In this document: piece after piece, positions 58,523 through 64,000 of the stretch
Layout of the letters: the number at the start of each line of letters is the position of its first letter
Position numbering within the stretch: the first letter of the stretch is position 1
Assembly: GCA_964648105.1 (NCBI GenBank)
Contig: CAZYMH010000004.1
Coordinates: 6,083 to 70,082 of the forward strand
DNA: 64,000 bases
Reading direction: 5' to 3'
Source: an uncultured Candidatus Saccharibacteria bacterium
Lineage (GTDB): Bacteria; Patescibacteriota; Saccharimonadia; Saccharimonadales; 2-12-FULL-41-12
Translations under genes and position numbers: made by a program
Notes under the pieces: model-generated
Told to the model about the DNA's origin: nothing
Seen by the model: the letters and a program-made list of their open reading frames with translations, nothing else
Database searches by the model: none

Positions 58523-58935
58523 TATTTCTTCTCCCTTTTGGCACCATATTTACTTCTACCTTGCTTACGATCAGCTACACCTTGAAGGTCAAGTGTGCCA
58601 CGAACAATATGATAACGCACACCTGGCAAATCTTTTACTCGTCCGCCACGAATCATCACTACAGCATGTTCCTGCAAATTGTGTCCTTCGCCACCGATAT
58701 ACGCCCAAACTTCATAGCCGTTTTGCAAACGGACACGAGCGACTTTACGAAGAGCTGAGTTAGGCTTTTTAGGAGTTTTGGTAGTCACCTTGACGCATAC
58801 ACCACGCTTAAATGGAGCATTTTTTTCATAATTTTTAGTTTTGAGGTTGTTCACAACACGGTGAAGAGCAGGTGACTTACTTTTGGTAGTCACCTTTTTT
58901 CTAGGCTTACGCACTAGTTGATTGATTGTTGGCAT
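58522..58935 (-). CDS. rpsL: Ribosomal protein S12
   Basis: 137 aa; [28 protein letters not shown]. Confidence 0.97.
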   Translation of the reverse strand: MPTINQLVRKPRKKVTTKSKSPALHRVVNNLKTKNYEKNAPFKRGVCVKVTTKTPKKPNSALRKVARVRLQNGYEVWAYIGGEGHNLQEHAVVMIRGGRVKDLPGVRYHIVRGTLDLQGVADRKQGRSKYGAKREKK

Positions 58936-59016
58936 TTATTCTCCTTAATTTGTAATCTACTGCATCAGATTGGAATGCCGCCCAAAATGGCTCAGACTAC
59001 TTAAATTTATAAATCT

Positions 59017-59045
59017 ATTTTAACAGATTAATTAGCAACAGACAA
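59017..59045 (-). promoter_or_regulatory. Candidate rpsL promoter TTGTCT-N17-TAAAAT with TGT extended -10
   Basis: -35 at 59040-59045, -10 at 59017-59022 (minus strand), just after the rpoC stop. Confidence 0.45.
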
Positions 59046-59046
59046 G

Positions 59047-62000
59047 TTATTCTTCGGTGGGGGCGTCTTGTACTTCTTCTTGGTCGGCATTGTAACCAGT
59101 TCCGACAGGTATTTTGCGTCCCAAAATCACGTTCTCTTTTAGACCAAATAGTTTGTCGACTTTTCCAGATGTAGCTGCAGCGATTAGCACACGAGTTGTG
59201 TCTTGGAACGAGGCTGCAGATAAGAATGAGTCAGTGCTTAGTGAAGCTTTAGTAATACCAAGCAGTAATTGATTAACAACAGCTGGTTTTTTGCCTTGTG
59301 AGACTAGTTGCTCGTTGGCTTCGGCCACCGCTAATTTACTGACAATATCACCAGTAACAAAGCTGCTATCGCCTGCATCTTCAATCTGAACTCGACTAAA
59401 CATCTGCCGAACGATGATTTCGAGGTGCTTATCGGCAATATATTGTCCTTGGCTAGCAAAGATTCGCAAAATTTCGTTCATAATGTAGCGTTGAGTAGCT
59501 TCGACACCACTTAGACGCATCAAATCATGGATATTGATCGAACCATTAGTAAGACGTTGACCAGCCTTGACTTGGTCGCCTTCTTTGACGCTCAAAATCT
59601 TATAGCTTGGTACGTTGTACTTAACTACACTTTGGCCAACAGGGGTAATAGTAATGTGTTTTTTGGTCAAATTGACTTTACCTGCAATTGGCGAGATTAG
59701 AGGGTCTTCGCCACCTTCATTGGAGGCCACAACGTCGCCGACAGCAACTTCTGAATTGTGAGCTACTTGAGGAGTGCGATCATTTAGCGACAGCTTAACA
59801 GAGTCGATAGTTTCGCCAGTTACTTGAATCACATAGTTATCGCCATCTTCCCAAACTGTTACTTCACCCTCAATTTCTGACAAGAAAGCTTCACCCTTAG
59901 GCGTACGAGTCTCGAACAACTCTTCGACACGTGGCAAACCTTGGGTAATATCATCAGCGACAGCTGCACCACCAGAGTGAAAGTTCTTTAGAGTCAACTG
60001 AGTACCAGGTTCACCGATAGATTGAGCAGCAATTACTCCAATTGGTGAATGATCGGCAACCAATTCACCTGTAGCAGGGTCTAGACCATAACTTTTACGA
60101 TTAACACCTCGCGGCGAAACACAGCTAAGGACACTCATGACTTTAACTGAATCAATTTTCTCATCGGCGTCGATTTCTTCGGCGGTATCGGTAGAGATTA
60201 GATTACCTCGTTTGACGTAACCATCTACATCTTCGGCAGCGTAGCGTCCCTTCAAACGGGAGGCAAAGCTGACGCCGATTTCTTTGGCATCACTTCGCAG
60301 CATATTGAAGCCTGGGTCGGTATCATCATCTTCGATTGTAAAGACATCTTGAGCAACATCTACTAAACGTCGAGTCAAGTATCCTGAGTCGGCAGTTTTA
60401 AGTGCTGTATCGATTAGACCTTTACGCTGACCACGAGTTGAGGTGAAATACTCTAGCGGATTAAGTCCATCACGGTAGTTACTCTTAATTGGTAACTCCA
60501 TAGCTCGTCCAGTCGCATCAGACAAGATACCAACTGAGCCAATCACCTGCTTAACCTGAACAATCGAACCTCTAGCACCCGAGACAACAGCCATACTCAT
60601 GGCGTTATCTTCGTGTTCGAACTGCTTAGCAAGAGCTTTTTGGACTTCGGTATCAGCGTTGGTCCAAGTTTCGATTGTTAGACGATATCGCTCATCATCG
60701 GTAATAAAGCCTTGGTCGTATTGCTCCGAGATAGCAGCTGCACGGTGTTCACCTTTTTCAAGAATCTCGTCAAGCATCTTAATATCAACAAAGTCACTCA
60801 TACCCATCGAGATACCAGCTTTGGTAGCATAATCAAAACCGAGGTTTTTTAGCTCGTCGGCAATTTCGGCACTGACAGTTTGACCGTATCGTTCATATAC
60901 TTTGGCCATTACTTGAGCCAGCTTCTTCTTAGTCATGACATCGTCCTGAAAGTCAAAGTCGTTTGGAAATAACTCGTTAAATAAGAATCTTCCAAGCGTT
61001 GAACTAACTTTTTTGCCCCTAAAGGTAATAGTGATTGGGTCTTGTAGTTTAAGACCCTCACCGTCATAGGCCTTTAATGCTTCAGTAATATCAGTTAGGT
61101 TACGATTTTTAGCTTTGTTGCCATGCCTTAGATAAGTTAAGTAATAACAACCCAGCACAATATCTTGTTCGATATGCAAAATCGGTGTACCATCAGCTGG
61201 TTTTAACAAGTTTTTGCTAGCCGACATAATGTCACGAGCTTCGGCTTGGGCCTTATCGCTCAGTGGCAAATGCACAGCCATTTGGTCACCATCGAAGTCG
61301 GCATTGAAACCTTTACATACTAGTGGATGAAGCTGAATCGCTTTACCTTCGATCAAAACAGGTTGAAAAGCCTGAATTGATAGCCTATGCAGTGATGGAG
61401 CTCGGTTTAACAGTACGTATTTACCCCTGATAACTTCATCAAGAGCATCCCACACGACTGTCTCGCCTTGTTCAATCATTCTAGTCGCTGAACGAATATT
61501 ATGAGCTAATTCTTTCTCGATCAAACTACCCATAACAAACGGCTTAAATAGCTCTAGAGCCATCATTTTTGGCAAACCACATTGGTGCATTTTTAGTTCT
61601 GGACCAGATACAATTACCGAACGACCAGAGTAATCAACACGTTTACCGAGCAAGTTTTGTCGGAAGCGACCTTGTTTACCTTTAAGCATGTCAGACAACG
61701 ATTTTAAACGGCGACGTTGGCCAGTTGCAGCCACGGCTCGGCCTGAACGAGCAGCATTATTGTCAATCAAAGCATCGACAGCTTCTTGAAGCATTCGTTG
61801 CTCATTACGACAAATCACCTCTGGAGCGTTAAGATCCATCAGTTTTTTCAAACGATTGTTACGATTGATAACTCGTCGATACAAATCGTTAAGATCGCTA
61901 GTCGCAAATCGTCCACCAGTTAACTGAACCATCGGCCGTAGGTCTGGAGGAATCACAGGTAGAACATTTAGACACATGCTCGATGGCTGAATTCCCGCAT

Positions 62001-62853
62001 TGTGCATGCTCTCAAGTAGTCTAAGTCGTTTCATAAGTTTTTTGCGGCGTTGGCCTTTGGCATCAGTCGCTTCTTTTTCTAGGCTGACTATCAGATCTTC
62101 TAGATCAATCTCTTCCAACAAATCTCGTAAAGCTGTGCCACCCATACCAACTTTAATCAAACTACGAACATCATCTGGTAAATCACGGTAGTCATTTTCG
62201 CTCAATAAACGTAGTTTCTCGAGATTTTTTAACTGATCACGAACTAATTCCCACTCGCTAGTTATTTCTTCTAACTCTTTATTTTGAGCTTCTGCTAAGG
62301 CTTTAACATTGGCATCTTCATTTTTGGCATCGGCCTCATAACGAGCTTTGATAGCCACGCTAGCAGCCTCGAACTGAGCTTCTTTGTCGAGTAGCATTTG
62401 GTCGCGTTTTTCGATATTAACTTCTTTGATTATATAACTAGCAAAATAAGCAACTCGCTCTAATGATTTGACGGTTAGTCCGAGTAATAAACCAATCGCA
62501 CTCGGCGTACCACGCAGGAACCAGATATGAGCCACTGGGCTGGCTAGTTGAATATGGCCCATTCGCTCGCGTCGTACAATCGAACGAGTTACTAATTCAC
62601 CATTTTTATCAACCGCTGCCTCACGTGAACGAACACCTTTATATTTAGCATCATGCGGGTTTATATCTTTGACAGGGCCAAAAATTTTCTCACAAAATAG
62701 TCCGTCACGTTCAGGTTTTTGAGTCCGATAATTGATAGTTTCTGGCTTAGTTACTTCCCCATAACTCCAGTCCAAAATATCACCTGGGCTAGCCACAGCT
62801 AGTCTTACGGCATCAAAATCGGCAATATTTACACCTTGGCTATATCTTCTCAT
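59047..62853 (-). CDS. rpoC: RNA polymerase beta-prime subunit
   Basis: 1268 aa; [12 protein letters not shown] catalytic motif. Confidence 0.97.
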   Translation of the reverse strand: MRRYSQGVNIADFDAVRLAVASPGDILDWSYGEVTKPETINYRTQKPERDGLFCEKIFGPVKDINPHDAKYKGVRSREAAVDKNGELVTRSIVRRERMGHIQLASPVAHIWFLRGTPSAIGLLLGLTVKSLERVAYFASYIIKEVNIEKRDQMLLDKEAQFEAASVAIKARYEADAKNEDANVKALAEAQNKELEEITSEWELVRDQLKNLEKLRLLSENDYRDLPDDVRSLIKVGMGGTALRDLLEEIDLEDLIVSLEKEATDAKGQRRKKLMKRLRLLESMHNAGIQPSSMCLNVLPVIPPDLRPMVQLTGGRFATSDLNDLYRRVINRNNRLKKLMDLNAPEVICRNEQRMLQEAVDALIDNNAARSGRAVAATGQRRRLKSLSDMLKGKQGRFRQNLLGKRVDYSGRSVIVSGPELKMHQCGLPKMMALELFKPFVMGSLIEKELAHNIRSATRMIEQGETVVWDALDEVIRGKYVLLNRAPSLHRLSIQAFQPVLIEGKAIQLHPLVCKGFNADFDGDQMAVHLPLSDKAQAEARDIMSASKNLLKPADGTPILHIEQDIVLGCYYLTYLRHGNKAKNRNLTDITEALKAYDGEGLKLQDPITITFRGKKVSSTLGRFLFNELFPNDFDFQDDVMTKKKLAQVMAKVYERYGQTVSAEIADELKNLGFDYATKAGISMGMSDFVDIKMLDEILEKGEHRAAAISEQYDQGFITDDERYRLTIETWTNADTEVQKALAKQFEHEDNAMSMAVVSGARGSIVQVKQVIGSVGILSDATGRAMELPIKSNYRDGLNPLEYFTSTRGQRKGLIDTALKTADSGYLTRRLVDVAQDVFTIEDDDTDPGFNMLRSDAKEIGVSFASRLKGRYAAEDVDGYVKRGNLISTDTAEEIDADEKIDSVKVMSVLSCVSPRGVNRKSYGLDPATGELVADHSPIGVIAAQSIGEPGTQLTLKNFHSGGAAVADDITQGLPRVEELFETRTPKGEAFLSEIEGEVTVWEDGDNYVIQVTGETIDSVKLSLNDRTPQVAHNSEVAVGDVVASNEGGEDPLISPIAGKVNLTKKHITITPVGQSVVKYNVPSYKILSVKEGDQVKAGQRLTNGSINIHDLMRLSGVEATQRYIMNEILRIFASQGQYIADKHLEIIVRQMFSRVQIEDAGDSSFVTGDIVSKLAVAEANEQLVSQGKKPAVVNQLLLGITKASLSTDSFLSAASFQDTTRVLIAAATSGKVDKLFGLKENVILGRKIPVGTGYNADQEEVQDAPTEE

Positions 62854-64000
62854 GACTCACTCCCTTCTTTACTAACTTCTGCCAGATCGTCCGTCTCGGT
62901 TGCTTCTGTTTCAAATTCACTGACCTCACCTGACTCATTTGGCTCCAAACCATCGTCAAAATCCATGACCATTAGCTCGTCGACTTCACTGTCTTCACTA
63001 ACCATATTTACGGCAGGCGATGGCACATCGACTTCAGCTATATGATCAGCTTCGTCTTTAATGTTCTCGCTCAAAACACTTTCGGCGTCAATTGCTTTAT
63101 CGCTTTCCATCAAATCGACTTTCAGACCTAAGCCTTGCAACTCTTTGACTAAAACATTGAAGCTTTCTGGCACTTTCGGACCAACAATATCGGTCTTTTT
63201 GATGATAGATTCATAGGCTTTACTTCGGCCATAGACATCGTCGGACTTGATAGTAAGCATTTCTTGTAAAATATTACTTGCTCCATAAGCCTCCAAAGCC
63301 CAGACTTCCATCTCGCCAAATCGCTGACCACCATTTTGAGCCTTACCACCAAGCGGTTGCTGAGTAACCATCGTGTACGGACCAGTCGAGCGAGCATGAA
63401 TTTTATCGGTGACCATATGGGTCAATTTAAAGATATACATACTACCAACTACTGATCGCTCTTTGAAGGCTTCGCCAGTTCGGCCATCATATAGTTGCTG
63501 CTTACCATCTTCTGGAAAACCAGCTTTTTTAAGCATTTGACTGATTTCACCAGATGACATGCCGTCAAATGATGGAGCAGCGACCTTCATATTTAAGGCT
63601 CGAGCAGCCATACCTAAGTGAACTTCAAACAACTGTCCTAAGTTCATACGAGACGGCACACCCATCGGGTTAAGAATAATGTCTACAGGAGTTCCGTCTT
63701 CGGTAAATGGCATATCCTCGACAGGCAAAATCTTGGCAATTACACCTTTGTTTCCATGCCGACCAGCTAACTTATCACCAACAGAAACTTTACGCATTTG
63801 GGCTACAAACACTTGAATTTGCATGATTACACCAGCTTTTAATTCATGGCCATTCTCACGTGAGAAAATCTTTACACCGACCACTTTGCCGTGCTTACCG
63901 TTACTCATACGCTGCGAAGTATCTCGGACTTCTTTGGCTTTCTCACCAAATATTGCACGAAGCAATCTCTCTTCACTAGATAATTCTTGCTCACCTTTAG
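62850..64000 (-). CDS. rpoB: RNA polymerase beta subunit, C-terminal part (N-terminus beyond window end), with acidic C-tail
   Basis: [26 protein letters not shown] motifs; ATGA overlap with rpoC; reading frame open to the window end. Confidence 0.95.
   Translation of the reverse strand, partial: KGEQELSSEERLLRAIFGEKAKEVRDTSQRMSNGKHGKVVGVKIFSRENGHELKAGVIMQIQVFVAQMRKVSVGDKLAGRHGNKGVIAKILPVEDMPFTEDGTPVDIILNPMGVPSRMNLGQLFEVHLGMAARALNMKVAAPSFDGMSSGEISQMLKKAGFPEDGKQQLYDGRTGEAFKERSVVGSMYIFKLTHMVTDKIHARSTGPYTMVTQQPLGGKAQNGGQRFGEMEVWALEAYGASNILQEMLTIKSDDVYGRSKAYESIIKKTDIVGPKVPESFNVLVKELQGLGLKVDLMESDKAIDAESVLSENIKDEADHIAEVDVPSPAVNMVSEDSEVDELMVMDFDDGLEPNESGEVSEFETEATETDDLAEVSKEGSES

Noticed and set aside
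1-64000. CRISPR arrays, rRNA genes, IS elements or transposases, integrases, prophage structural genes
   Set aside because: I scanned for regular short repeat-spacer periodicity, rRNA-like conserved blocks and DDE or tyrosine-recombinase-sized ORFs and found none. The only repeats are the two small duplications reported at 13.6 kb and 26.1 kb.

Overview
This is a 64-kb segment of an AT-rich bacterial chromosome. Hand-counted 60-nt samples of the backbone gave about 25-45% GC. Most of it is the rpoBC-str-S10-spc-alpha ribosomal super-operon on the minus strand. Four features fit a CPR/Patescibacteria, Saccharibacteria-like genome, which is an inference only: there is no L30 gene between S5 and L15, no adk/map after secY, an archaeal-style glycogen trio (GT, GH57, GH15), and low-complexity tails on several ribosomal proteins. 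The left end (1-17.4 kb) holds a metal-resistance operon (CsoR-family repressor with its operator, a Met/His-rich protein, DUF305, a CopB-like ATPase), mscL, and ileS preceded by what reads as a complete T-box leader. It then holds the glycogen operon, rpmG, three tRNAs with a duplicated tRNA-Tyr 3' end, a TPR protein, holB, an rluD-like gene and trpS. The main result is that the normally contiguous array rpsL-rpsG-fusA-tuf-rpsJ-rplC is interrupted at every junction. The largest interruption (about 42.56-57.9 kb, between rpsG and fusA) is a roughly 15-kb block of 15 mostly orphan genes, 14 of them co-oriented with the ribosomal genes. It encodes a type IV secretion-like apparatus: a VirB4-type ATPase apparently split in two, a VirB6/TrbL-like polytopic protein, a VirB2-like small membrane protein, and a membrane-anchored ParA/MinD-like protein. 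It also carries at least four peptidoglycan-hydrolase domains and several large secreted orphans. I found no relaxase, coupling protein, integrase or transposase. The left third of the block (42.6-48.0 kb) is clearly GC-elevated (about 50-55% in samples), which suggests foreign origin. No rRNA genes, CRISPR arrays or IS elements were seen. All functional calls rest on motifs read by eye and on gene context, and need HMM or structure searches to confirm.
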